Source of the DNA: Bacteroidales bacterium
Lineage (GTDB): Bacteria > Bacteroidota > Bacteroidia > Bacteroidales > ML635J-15
Direction of reading: 5' to 3'
Assembly: GCA_017551515.1 (NCBI GenBank)
Contig: JAFZLK010000038.1
Span: 16,064 to 80,063 of the forward strand
DNA length: 64,000 nucleotides
The translations under genes were made by a program, and so were the position numbers. Shown here piece by piece: positions 43,447 to 52,578 of the stretch. Position 1 is the first letter of the stretch, and each line of letters starts with the position of its first letter. The notes under the pieces are model-generated. The model saw nothing but the letters and a program-made list of their open reading frames with translations, was not told the origin of the DNA and searched no databases.

Positions 43447-45108
43447 ATGAATAGAAAATTATTATTGATAATTTTATTGTCTATTACGCTTTTTTCGTGC
43501 AAAGATAATACAGAACCCAAGGAAAAGTTTGTTTATGACTACGAGGTATATAAAACACAGGACATTATTCTTGCCGATGAAGATAGAAGCAAATTTGTTC
43601 AGACATGTCGGCAATTGATTAATATTGACGGCAAAGATGTGTTGGCATTAAATATGGGATTTTGTCATATATCCTTTTATGAATTGGAAAGCGGAGAAAA
43701 GATTCACGATATACTTGTTGATTCATCGTATATGATGAGATGCCATCATTTTGTAGGAAAGGATAGCATTTTTATCGGATGTACAAACCTTCATGGTGAA
43801 ATGGAACTAGAAACTCCGCAGGCATTGAGACTTATTGATTGGGATGGGGATGTGAAAAAAATATATGGATACGATATTGATCAGGATGAACTGAATATTT
43901 ATAAATACGGCAAAAATGAATTTATTCCGCCACAAAATTACAATTTTATCTTTTGTAGAGGTAGCATAATTTCGTGCGGTACTCGTACTGATTCTTATGG
44001 GTTGTTGGGGACAAAAGAGTCCGTTGAGAAACCATTGCCATTAGGAATTCGCATGGATACAAAAGAAAATAAATATCATGTTTCCAAGCACAGAAAATAT
44101 GCATATATTAAGGAAGGTATGTATTACCCAACATATGTACTTCAGTGGTTAACCAAATCCGCAAACAACCTGCCTATATTCAGGTATCCGTATTCATCAT
44201 CGGCATTTGAGTGGGATTTTGAAAATGATAGTGTCATTGAGCATTATTATAAATCTGCTTTGGTAGATAGTATAATGCCTCTTCCATATCCTGCTGAATA
44301 TGGTTACGAAGTTCCGTGTTCTTATGGTCAGGTTGGATATGACGAATGTAATCAAGTATATGTAAGTCCAATATTTTTTAACAAAAATACATATGGAGAA
44401 ATAAAACATGGGCTAATATTTGCCGACAAAAACTTCCAATATTTAGGAGAAATGTACGACAACAAGTATTTCCCGTCTTTATCGAATAAGGAAATGTTAC
44501 TTGACATACGCAAAAAGAATGATTCTGTCATTACTGTGAATTATCTTAAACTGGTCAAAACAGACTGCGATTATGATAAGTACATAGATTCATGCAAAAC
44601 CGTTTTACAGGCAATGAAACAGAAGGTTGAAGACAGAAAGAATGCTTTGAAGAACGGTTGTCCTTCAATCAACTTTGTAAAATCTCAAATGGACATAAAG
44701 GAATCCACATATAAGATTTTGACTTTATACGGAGAGGGTTGCATAGGATGCGAGCAAGTCACATTACAAACTCTGTATTATAATAGGGAAGTGTTAAATA
44801 AAGTTCCATTGTACATAATTGTTTCCAGTAATAGTGCAAACGAACTTGAGGCATATATGCGAAACAACTGGCTTACATATTACGATAAGGTAGCCAAGGA
44901 TACAACTGCTATGATGAAAAAAATGGCTAATACAAGCTTCTTGCTTAATCCACGACTTACAATTGTAAAAGATGGCGTTGTAACACTTGATACTATATAT
45001 CAGGCGCAAGACATTGAAAGTAAACTTCTGCCACAGATTACAGGACCCGATGAACATACAAAATATATGTTGAATGAGGACGGAGAGGTAGTTGTTGTCT
45101 ATAAGTAA
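43447..45108 (+). CDS. Lipoprotein with C-terminal thioredoxin-like CxxC domain
   Basis: 553 aa. A lipobox is present (ITLFSC). The N-terminal ~380 aa resembles DUF4221/beta-propeller-type Bacteroidales lipoproteins, at low confidence. The C-terminal ILTLYGEGCIGCEQ...PLYIIVSSNSANELEAYM matches the TlpA/redoxin layout. Confidence 0.6.
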   Translation: MNRKLLLIILLSITLFSCKDNTEPKEKFVYDYEVYKTQDIILADEDRSKFVQTCRQLINIDGKDVLALNMGFCHISFYELESGEKIHDILVDSSYMMRCHHFVGKDSIFIGCTNLHGEMELETPQALRLIDWDGDVKKIYGYDIDQDELNIYKYGKNEFIPPQNYNFIFCRGSIISCGTRTDSYGLLGTKESVEKPLPLGIRMDTKENKYHVSKHRKYAYIKEGMYYPTYVLQWLTKSANNLPIFRYPYSSSAFEWDFENDSVIEHYYKSALVDSIMPLPYPAEYGYEVPCSYGQVGYDECNQVYVSPIFFNKNTYGEIKHGLIFADKNFQYLGEMYDNKYFPSLSNKEMLLDIRKKNDSVITVNYLKLVKTDCDYDKYIDSCKTVLQAMKQKVEDRKNALKNGCPSINFVKSQMDIKESTYKILTLYGEGCIGCEQVTLQTLYYNREVLNKVPLYIIVSSNSANELEAYMRNNWLTYYDKVAKDTTAMMKKMANTSFLLNPRLTIVKDGVVTLDTIYQAQDIESKLLPQITGPDEHTKYMLNEDGEVVVVYK

Positions 45109-45129
45109 AAATCCTATAAATTAAATAAA

Positions 45130-45158
45130 GAACGGCTGCGTATGTGGCCGTTTTTTTT
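45130..45158 (+). terminator. Terminator downstream of the 553-aa lipoprotein gene
   Basis: AACGGC tgcgtatgtg GCCGTT followed by nine T. Confidence 0.7.
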
Positions 45159-45182
45159 TGCACAAACTTTAGCCAATTGAAT

Positions 45183-45234
45183 AAAAAACGGAATCAGATG
45201 CTGAAACAAGTTCAGCATGACATTCCGTTTTTTT
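45183..45234. terminator. Long bidirectional hairpin between the island and parC
   Basis: AAAAAA CGGAAT cag ATGCTGAA acaag TTCAGCAT gac ATTCCG TTTTTTT forms a nested two-part stem. Confidence 0.65.
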
Positions 45235-45320
45235 GAATTATCAAACAACTCTAAACAAGAAACGGCTTTAGAGACTGTCTGCAAGGCAGTTAGCCTGCTG
45301 GACTGCGAGCCTGTCAGACA

Positions 45321-47951
45321 TTAAAACAAACTCATCTGCGTTCCGCTATCGGGCATAAATCCATCATCAGTTGCAGGAGCTTCTTCTACTTGTGGTTCTT
45401 CTTCCTCTGGAACTTCATCCTCAGGCTTGACAAGCGGTTCGATGAAACAAATTTCCTTAACAGCGTATGTGGTAAGTCGTTTGCCTCGTGCAGTAATACC
45501 CTTTACTCCGATAAATTCTTCGGCATCAATGATTTCCGGCTCGCGCTTTTCATCCTTGCCACCGAAGGTTATCTTCAGCTGCGGATGCTTGTCCTCGTTG
45601 ACGGCAAGCATGTACGAGCCTTCGTATTCCGAAATAAACGACTGCGGTTTTGTCATTTCCAGCACATTGAAACGCTTCAGGTAATAGAAATTCTGCTCAG
45701 CATCGAAATGAACGGCTGTGAAAACCTTATCGGGATTGTACTTTTCTATTATCAGAATGTCGTCGTTGTAGTGGTTTGACAGGTCGAAGTTGGTGAAAAT
45801 GCAGTCGCCTCCATTGGTGACAACGAGAATCTTGTCGGTTCCCGAGAATTCGCCCAAGTACTGTCCGCGTCCATCGACATTCAGACGCAAAACATCCTTG
45901 TCGAACCAAATCTTGCGACCACCGAGAGTTGAAATACCTTCCTCCTTCTGCGTAATCTTGTGAATTTCGGTACGAGCGAAAATATTTCCCTGTGCATCGC
46001 GGTTCTTTATGGCAATATCCTTGAAATCAACCTCAAATGTGAGCTTGCGCAATTTTGGTTTCGGCTTCAGTTTGCAAGAAATAACTTCGGCTTCACCGTT
46101 GGCGTTTGCCTTGAAATACAACAACTTCGAACCTGGAGTTCCCTTGGTGATGTCGTATTCCTTGTCGCGAATAACATTTGTAATTGCAAAACGCTTAATA
46201 TATGATGTTGCCGATTTTCCATCGCGGTAAACAACATTGTATATGGTACGCTTGTCGTTCTTGCGATAAACAGCCACATGAATGATTCCCTTGCCGAAAA
46301 ATGCCTTTTCCGCAACCTTCGACACCTGATATGTGCCATCTTCGCGGATGACAATGATGTCGTCGATGTCGGAACAATCGCACACATATTCGTCCTTCTT
46401 CAATCCATAGCCCACGAAACCTTCTTCCTTGTTGATGTAGAGCTTTTCGTTTGCAACAGCAACCTCACCGGCATCAATTGAATCGAAGTTGCGGATTTCG
46501 GTCTTTCGGTCGCGACCTTCGCCGTACTTTTCCTTGATGTGCTTGTAGTAATTTATGGTGTAGTCAACAATATGGTCAAGGTCGTTCTGTACGGCTTTTA
46601 TCTGTTCCTGTATTGCTATCAAGTCCTCGTCGGCCTTTTCGATGTTGAAACGGAGAATACGTTTCATCTTTATTTCCAGCAACTTCAAGATGTCCTCGGT
46701 TGTGACTTCGCGCATAAGTTTCAGCTTGTGAGCGATAATCTTGGAATGGATGAACTCTACGGCCTCATCATTGGATCCAGCATTTTCGTAAGCTTTTTCC
46801 TTGTAGATGCGTTTTTCGATAAACCATTTTTCGAGCGACTGGTAATGCCACTGCTCTTCGAGTTCGTTCATCTTGATTTTCAGTTCCTGACGGAGCAGTT
46901 CCAAAGTGTTGCGCACCGAGGCTTCAAGAATTTCAGTAACCGATGCAAAACGAGGCTTGTCCTCCTCAATTACGCAAGCATTTGGCGAAATAGAAACCTG
47001 GCAGTTTGTAAACGCATAAAGTGCATCGATGGTAACATCCGCCGAAACTCCTGCCTGCAGTTCGATGACGATTTCGGCATTTTCGGCGGTGTTGTCGTCA
47101 ACCTTCTTGATTTTGATTTTGCCCTTTTCGTTGGCTTTCAAGATTGTGTCGATGATTCCGCTGGTGGTCTGTCCGTAAGGGATTTCCCTTATGGCGAGAG
47201 TTTTCTTGTCAACCTTTTCGATTCGGGCACGGATAAGCAACTTGCCACCACGCTGACCATCGTTGTAACGGCTTACATCAATAAGACCGCCTGTCGGAAA
47301 GTCGGGATAAAGTTGCACCGGCTCGTCCCTTAGCACAGCTATACAACCATCGAGCAGTTCGTTGAAATTGTGTGGCAACACTATCGAATTGAGACCTACT
47401 GCAATACCTTCGACACCCTGAGCCAGCAAAAGCGGGAATTTTATAGGCAAGTTTATAGGTTCCTGCTTACGTCCGTCGTACGAATCCTTCCAGAAAGTGG
47501 TCTTGTTGTTGAAAGCCACCTCGAGTGCGAACTTAGAAAGGCGTGCCTCGATGTAACGCGGAGCAGCAGCGCTGTCGCCTGTAAGAATGTTACCCCAGTT
47601 ACCCTGAGTATCGATGAGCAAGTCCTTTTGTCCGAGCTGAACCAATGCGCCACCGATTGCTGCATCGCCGTGAGGGTGGTACTGCATGGTTTGACCGACG
47701 ATGTTTGCCACCTTGTTGAAACGACCATCGTCTATCTGCTTCATTGCGTGAAGGATACGACGTTGCACGGGTTTCAATCCATCATAAATGTGCGGTACGG
47801 CACGCTCAAGAATTACATACGAGGCGTAGTCCAGAAACCAATTCTGGAACATATTCTTCATACGGGTAATGGTGACACCTGTTTCAGGGTTCTGTTCAAC
47901 CTCGATAACATTGGTTTTGTCCTGTGGTATATTCTTGTTTTCGTCGTCCAT
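45321..47951 (-). CDS. parC: DNA topoisomerase IV subunit A
   Basis: 876 aa. DGLKPVQRRILHAM, YHPHGDAAI and AAPRYIEARL (active-site Tyr) are present. The Bacteroidota-type long C-terminal domain and the parE gene upstream support the call. Confidence 0.88.
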   Translation of the reverse strand: MDDENKNIPQDKTNVIEVEQNPETGVTITRMKNMFQNWFLDYASYVILERAVPHIYDGLKPVQRRILHAMKQIDDGRFNKVANIVGQTMQYHPHGDAAIGGALVQLGQKDLLIDTQGNWGNILTGDSAAAPRYIEARLSKFALEVAFNNKTTFWKDSYDGRKQEPINLPIKFPLLLAQGVEGIAVGLNSIVLPHNFNELLDGCIAVLRDEPVQLYPDFPTGGLIDVSRYNDGQRGGKLLIRARIEKVDKKTLAIREIPYGQTTSGIIDTILKANEKGKIKIKKVDDNTAENAEIVIELQAGVSADVTIDALYAFTNCQVSISPNACVIEEDKPRFASVTEILEASVRNTLELLRQELKIKMNELEEQWHYQSLEKWFIEKRIYKEKAYENAGSNDEAVEFIHSKIIAHKLKLMREVTTEDILKLLEIKMKRILRFNIEKADEDLIAIQEQIKAVQNDLDHIVDYTINYYKHIKEKYGEGRDRKTEIRNFDSIDAGEVAVANEKLYINKEEGFVGYGLKKDEYVCDCSDIDDIIVIREDGTYQVSKVAEKAFFGKGIIHVAVYRKNDKRTIYNVVYRDGKSATSYIKRFAITNVIRDKEYDITKGTPGSKLLYFKANANGEAEVISCKLKPKPKLRKLTFEVDFKDIAIKNRDAQGNIFARTEIHKITQKEEGISTLGGRKIWFDKDVLRLNVDGRGQYLGEFSGTDKILVVTNGGDCIFTNFDLSNHYNDDILIIEKYNPDKVFTAVHFDAEQNFYYLKRFNVLEMTKPQSFISEYEGSYMLAVNEDKHPQLKITFGGKDEKREPEIIDAEEFIGVKGITARGKRLTTYAVKEICFIEPLVKPEDEVPEEEEPQVEEAPATDDGFMPDSGTQMSLF

Positions 47952-47967
47952 AATCTATTTTGAAAAA

Positions 47968-48543
47968 TTATGATTCATACTTAAAATGTTCAAGCAAATG
48001 TTCTCTTGCAATAGCAATGTATTTCGGATTGCTAAAAAGCGCACTCTTCCTATCGTTCCATTTCGACAGATAACCATATATTTCATCGCAACCAATGTTT
48101 CCATATTGCGACATTATATAGTCAACAGATGATAAAAGTTCCAACGCAAAGTCTGAATAAAATCCATCAAGGAATGTTGTAGTTTTTTGGGCAATTGCTT
48201 TCAATAGTTCATCATTTTCCACAATGCCAACGACATCCTGATACGAATCGGCAATAAGCAGAAGCGGGTCGAAAGGTTTATTGTTTATGTCGTTGTAATT
48301 CATTATATAATTTCCATTAAAAGCATTTAGCACATATTTTACCTTGCCCGAATATGGTCCATAATACTTTGGCTCGTAATGAAGATTGAACAAGTCTGCA
48401 GCACCAAACTTTTGCAGAAAATAGCATACCTTTTCGCTTGAAAATTCGGAAACAAATTCACCGTGACGAACCAAATCGAACAAAATAAATAGCAATAAAG
48501 CTTTTGCATTGGTTAAATTTATATGTTCTTCCTTCCTTTTCAA
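47968..48543 (-). CDS. Hypothetical protein inserted between parE and parC (possibly DUF4065/Panacea-like)
   Basis: 191 aa. The only available start is TTG at 48543, two codons after an in-frame TAA; there is no ATG before codon ~80. It is AT-richer than its neighbours by eye. KVCYFLQKFG...YYGPYSGKVKYVL resembles the DUF4065 Y..q...GPv..y pattern. Confidence 0.5.
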   Translation of the reverse strand: MKRKEEHINLTNAKALLLFILFDLVRHGEFVSEFSSEKVCYFLQKFGAADLFNLHYEPKYYGPYSGKVKYVLNAFNGNYIMNYNDINNKPFDPLLLIADSYQDVVGIVENDELLKAIAQKTTTFLDGFYSDFALELLSSVDYIMSQYGNIGCDEIYGYLSKWNDRKSALFSNPKYIAIAREHLLEHFKYES

Positions 48544-48558
48544 GGTTGTTAGTACTTT

Positions 48559-50430
48559 TTAGTCCTCTTCCATCCTTAGGTTCTCGATAATGAAGTTCTG
48601 GCGCTCCTGCGTGTTGTTGCCCATAAAATATTCGAGCAATGCCTTTATGTTGTCGTCCTTCGACAGGGTAACGGGCGACAGTTTCATATCGGGGCCGATG
48701 AAGTTCTTGAATTCCTGCCAGTTGATTTCACCAAGACCTTTGAATCGGGTAGTTTCCGAATTCTTAATCTTCTTTTGTGCCTCGTCGCGCTCCGACTCGG
48801 TGTAACAGTACCTTGTCTCCTGCTTGTTGCGCACGCGGAAAAGCGGTGTTTCGAGGATATACAGGTGACCTTGCCTGATTATGTCGGGGAAGAACTGCAG
48901 GAAGAAGGTTATCAGCAGCAGTCGGATGTGCATACCGTCGACATCGGCATCGGTAGCGATTACCACATTGCGATAACGGATATTTTCGATTCCCTCCTCG
49001 ATGTTGAGGGCTGCCTGCAAAAGATTGAACTCATCGTTTTCGTAAACAACCTTCTTGGTCTTTCCGTACGAGTTGAGCGGCTTACCGCGCAAACTGAACA
49101 CCGCCTGAGTGGTAACATCACGGCTCTTGGTGATTGAACCGCTTGCCGAATCACCCTCGGTGATGAAAATTGTACTTTCGTCGCGACGAGGATTGTTGCT
49201 GTTGTAGTGAATGCGGCAATCACGAAGCTTTTCGTTGTGCAGACTAACCTTTTTTGCCTTTTCGCGAGCAAGTTTCTGCACACCAGACATTGCCTTGCGT
49301 TCCTTTTCGGACGACTGGATTTTCTCGAGCATTCTGTCGGAAATATCCTTGTTCTTGTGCAGATAGTTGTCAACCTCACGCTTAATGAAGTCGCCGATAA
49401 ACTTGTTTACGCTAACGCCCGACATCGGATAAGGATTGCCGTCAGCATCCTTCTCGGGAGCCATATTTGCAGAGCCGAGCTTGATTTTTGTCTGGCTCTC
49501 GAAAGTAGGTTCAATGACATTTATTGCAATGGCAGCCACGATTCCGCTACGAATATCCTGCGGCTCGAAATTTTTGCCGTAGTATTCCTTGATGGTACGG
49601 GCAATGTGTTCCTTGAATGCACTCTGGTGAGTACCGCCCTGCGAAGTGTATTGTCCGTTTACAAACGAATAATATTCCTCGCCGTTCTGGTCAGTATGGG
49701 TGAATGCAATCTCGATGTCGTCACCCTTGAGGTGAATATGCGGATAAAGCGGTTCCGAATTGTGACGCTCTTTCACAAGATCGAGAAGACCGTTTTTCGA
49801 AATGTATTTCTTTCCGTTGAAATTAAGAGTAAGCCCTGTGTTGAGGTAACTGTAGTTGCGGAACATCGTTTCGAGATATTCTTCGCGGAAACGGTAGTGT
49901 CCGAAAATTTCCTCATCGGGGGTAAACTCAACGTATGTACCGTTCTTTTCGGTTGTCGGAACAAGGTCATATTCCTTCACCAGTTTGCCTTTCACAAAAT
50001 CGGCCTGCTTTACCATTCCGTCGCGGAACGATTTAACGGTAAATGTTACCGACAAAGCGTTTACTGCCTTGGTACCTACGCCGTTCAGACCGACCGACTT
50101 CTGGAAAGCCTTGGAGTCGTACTTACCACCGGTGTTCATCACCGATACGGCATCTATCATCTTTCCCTGTGGGATTCCTCGTCCGAAGTCGCGAACCGAA
50201 ACTGTGTTTTCCCTAAGCTTGATTTCGATATTAAGCCCAAAGTGCATACGGAACTCGTCTATTGAGTTGTCGATGACTTCCTTAACGAGGACATAGATTC
50301 CATCGTCGGAAGCCTCGCCGTTGCCGAGCTTGCCAATGTACATACCGGGACGCAGACGCACGTGCTCAAGACCTTCGAGGGTGCGAATGTTGTCGTCGGT
50401 GTAATTGCTTATGTTGTTGTTTTCTGCCAT
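48559..50430 (-). CDS. parE: DNA topoisomerase IV subunit B
   Basis: [39 protein letters not shown] and the TOPRIM motifs [10 protein letters not shown] and [13 protein letters not shown] are present. I chose the ATG at 50430 because the track's TTG at 50454 lies inside the predicted -7 box. Confidence 0.9.
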   Translation of the reverse strand: MAENNNISNYTDDNIRTLEGLEHVRLRPGMYIGKLGNGEASDDGIYVLVKEVIDNSIDEFRMHFGLNIEIKLRENTVSVRDFGRGIPQGKMIDAVSVMNTGGKYDSKAFQKSVGLNGVGTKAVNALSVTFTVKSFRDGMVKQADFVKGKLVKEYDLVPTTEKNGTYVEFTPDEEIFGHYRFREEYLETMFRNYSYLNTGLTLNFNGKKYISKNGLLDLVKERHNSEPLYPHIHLKGDDIEIAFTHTDQNGEEYYSFVNGQYTSQGGTHQSAFKEHIARTIKEYYGKNFEPQDIRSGIVAAIAINVIEPTFESQTKIKLGSANMAPEKDADGNPYPMSGVSVNKFIGDFIKREVDNYLHKNKDISDRMLEKIQSSEKERKAMSGVQKLAREKAKKVSLHNEKLRDCRIHYNSNNPRRDESTIFITEGDSASGSITKSRDVTTQAVFSLRGKPLNSYGKTKKVVYENDEFNLLQAALNIEEGIENIRYRNVVIATDADVDGMHIRLLLITFFLQFFPDIIRQGHLYILETPLFRVRNKQETRYCYTESERDEAQKKIKNSETTRFKGLGEINWQEFKNFIGPDMKLSPVTLSKDDNIKALLEYFMGNNTQERQNFIIENLRMEED

Positions 50431-50451
50431 TGAACAAAAATTTTTGCTTTG

Positions 50452-50459
50452 CAAAAATA
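50452..50459 (-). promoter_or_regulatory. -7 box for topo IV parE (part of the repeated promoter module)
   Basis: The plus strand reads CAAAAATA (minus TATTTTTG), 22-29 nt upstream of the ATG at 50430. Confidence 0.45.
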
Positions 50460-50568
50460 CAACACCGCTACGCCAAAATCTGACCTATACCTTATTTTTA
50501 ATTAACAAAGTGGGTGTTAATTACGATTTTTTGAAAATTAAGGGATTATAAATGATGTGATTTTACAC

Positions 50569-50598
50569 AAAAAAAGACACTGCCCTATGACAGTGCCT
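50569..50598 (-). terminator. Terminator downstream of the 103-aa gene
   Basis: The minus sense reads GGCACTG tcatagg CAGTGTC followed by TTTTTTT. Confidence 0.55.
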
Positions 50599-50626
50599 TG
50601 ATAATGTAACTGATGTAAAAAATTGC

Positions 50627-50938
50627 TTACCGCTTGTCCTGAACGCCATATTTCAACCATTCTGGCTGCAAATAGCGTTGTTTTACGGCTTTTCGGAATG
50701 TGAGCATCTGCGACTTCAAATCCGACAGAAGTTTGCTTTTTTCACGACCTTTGAGAGAAATCTCCTTGCGCATAGCGTCAACCTCCTCGTCTTTCTTGCG
50801 TAAGGCATCCATTACCTCTTCCATCTTCTTGATACCATCGGCAGTAATACCTAGTTTTTTCACATCGTCAATGTGACTTTTCAGACCGGAAGCAAGCACT
50901 TCGGCCTTTTTGATTTCATTTGTTATTGTTTGTGACAT
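50627..50938 (-). CDS. Small coiled-coil hypothetical protein
   Basis: 103 aa, charged and helical in composition. It has an ATG start and a terminator hairpin downstream. I recognise no family. Confidence 0.45.
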   Translation of the reverse strand: MSQTITNEIKKAEVLASGLKSHIDDVKKLGITADGIKKMEEVMDALRKKDEEVDAMRKEISLKGREKSKLLSDLKSQMLTFRKAVKQRYLQPEWLKYGVQDKR

Positions 50939-50974
50939 AATAAAATGATTTAAATTAATATAAATAATTGAAAA

Positions 50975-52576
50975 TTAGTTCACTGTAGTTTTCCCTCGCG
51001 TTCCCAATCTGCCCAGCATCTTTATTCCATAAACAGACCAATACGGGACTTTTTCTATTCCGGTACGCACACGCGGTATGTCCAACAGCAGGAAGGCGGT
51101 TGTCATAATTGTAGCGACCCAGATTATTTGACCGTAGATTTGCTTAAGCGTAACTGACATCATGGAATGAAGGAAATAGTTGTTCATAAAATCGCCCATG
51201 TCAAACTGTTGCATATTTACACCAGTTAGTGTCAAGCAGGCACCATACCGCGACATGTTGTCTGCCATAAAATGTTGGAAAAGAGATGTATAAAGTCCAT
51301 ATCCCGATGCTCCTGCCAGATACATATGTATAACATTGAATATGAAAAGCGCCATAAAGAAATGCCACAAGTCATGTACGCTCTCATGCAACGACCACAT
51401 CAGCGAAATAGCCAACACCGCGTAAGCGCATCCACGGAGCATTAGTGCTGGTCGATAACTTTCAATTGGAACATTTACATCCATCAAAAAATACATGCTC
51501 ACCGAATATGCCACGATACACGCAAACCCGATGGCGAAAAGTTTCCACACTTTCCAACGCTTATGCCCCAACCAGAACAGCGCAATTCCGATACCAGCGA
51601 ATACGCCAAGCAGCGACCAAAGGCAGAGTCCTGTTTTGGTATGTTCCTCCAGACCGCGTACCTCCGACCAGTAAATCTCCTCCAAAGTATGTTCCGCTCC
51701 GAGCAGCAATTCGGCAATAACTGTAACCACAAGAATAGGAACGACATTCTTGTAGCGGAAAATCTCCAACGAAATGTAAGGATTCTTCACTGTCTTTAGG
51801 CGATAAAGGATGAACGCCAATAAGATAGCACCTATCGCAACAATCCAACGCAAGCGCGATGAATGCAACCACATAAGATAGTCGCCATATACCAGAAAAT
51901 AACTGACCATCAGCATCAGCAGACTGATTAGCAAGCCAGTGACAATGTCTATTCCTCGTAGCGACATGCGTTGCGGCATCGGGCAGAAAGGACGGCAAAG
52001 CGCGAGTTGCGTAATGACAACAAACGACATCGTTGCAATGGTTATGACATGCATCATCTGCCAGTTAAGGTAAAACGCCACAACCGCAGCCAGCCATGCA
52101 CTGCCGGTAATTGCAGTAAGCAACACAATATGCAACACAGGAAAGAAAACGCCAAAGTCGCGCTCGGGATTATGCCACAACTGAATATTGCTCATACACT
52201 CGAAAGTCCCCTGTATTTTTGCCATTCCAGAAATGAAACAAACTGGCAGCAGAATCGCCATATCCGCCGTGTGCATAGTGAAAAAGTTGCATACCGCCAT
52301 TACGACTGCCGCTCCACAGAGAAGTTGTTTGTTTGTAAATCGGAATTTCATACGGAAAAGCATTGGAAACCACACCGCCATACCAGCCAAGCCCGTATAA
52401 AGAAGCATCAGCAAGTCCTCTGTCATCAGTCCCGTAGTACCACGCACCGCCTCAAGCGCACCGAGATACACACCGCTCGAAAACTGAAAGCAAAATACAG
52501 TGACCACATATATCCACGGATGCAGGCGCTTCGGCACCCACTCCCGAAACATCGGCATAACAAAAGGCGTATTCAT
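50975..52576 (-). CDS. Polytopic (about 14 TMS) transporter, EmrB/MFS-like
   Basis: 533 aa and highly hydrophobic. It lies 2 nt downstream of a HlyD/EmrA-type adaptor gene. The canonical MFS motif A was not clearly seen. Confidence 0.55.
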   Translation of the reverse strand: MNTPFVMPMFREWVPKRLHPWIYVVTVFCFQFSSGVYLGALEAVRGTTGLMTEDLLMLLYTGLAGMAVWFPMLFRMKFRFTNKQLLCGAAVVMAVCNFFTMHTADMAILLPVCFISGMAKIQGTFECMSNIQLWHNPERDFGVFFPVLHIVLLTAITGSAWLAAVVAFYLNWQMMHVITIATMSFVVITQLALCRPFCPMPQRMSLRGIDIVTGLLISLLMLMVSYFLVYGDYLMWLHSSRLRWIVAIGAILLAFILYRLKTVKNPYISLEIFRYKNVVPILVVTVIAELLLGAEHTLEEIYWSEVRGLEEHTKTGLCLWSLLGVFAGIGIALFWLGHKRWKVWKLFAIGFACIVAYSVSMYFLMDVNVPIESYRPALMLRGCAYAVLAISLMWSLHESVHDLWHFFMALFIFNVIHMYLAGASGYGLYTSLFQHFMADNMSRYGACLTLTGVNMQQFDMGDFMNNYFLHSMMSVTLKQIYGQIIWVATIMTTAFLLLDIPRVRTGIEKVPYWSVYGIKMLGRLGTRGKTTVN

Positions 52577-52578
52577 AA

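Noticed and set aside
49207-50265. A 352-aa plus-strand ORF antisense to topo IV parE. Similar long antisense ORFs occur at 46539-47333 and 47370-47963 (in parC), 2051-2791 (in pgk), 16875-17543 (in gltX) and 57279-57974 (opposite the acyl-ACP thioesterase).
   Set aside because: Each lies entirely opposite a gene with unmistakable conserved motifs. Their translations are low-complexity, rich in Cys, Leu, Val and His, and match no family. No -7 box or sensible start context was seen. Long stop-free antisense frames are a known by-product of codon bias in conserved genes.
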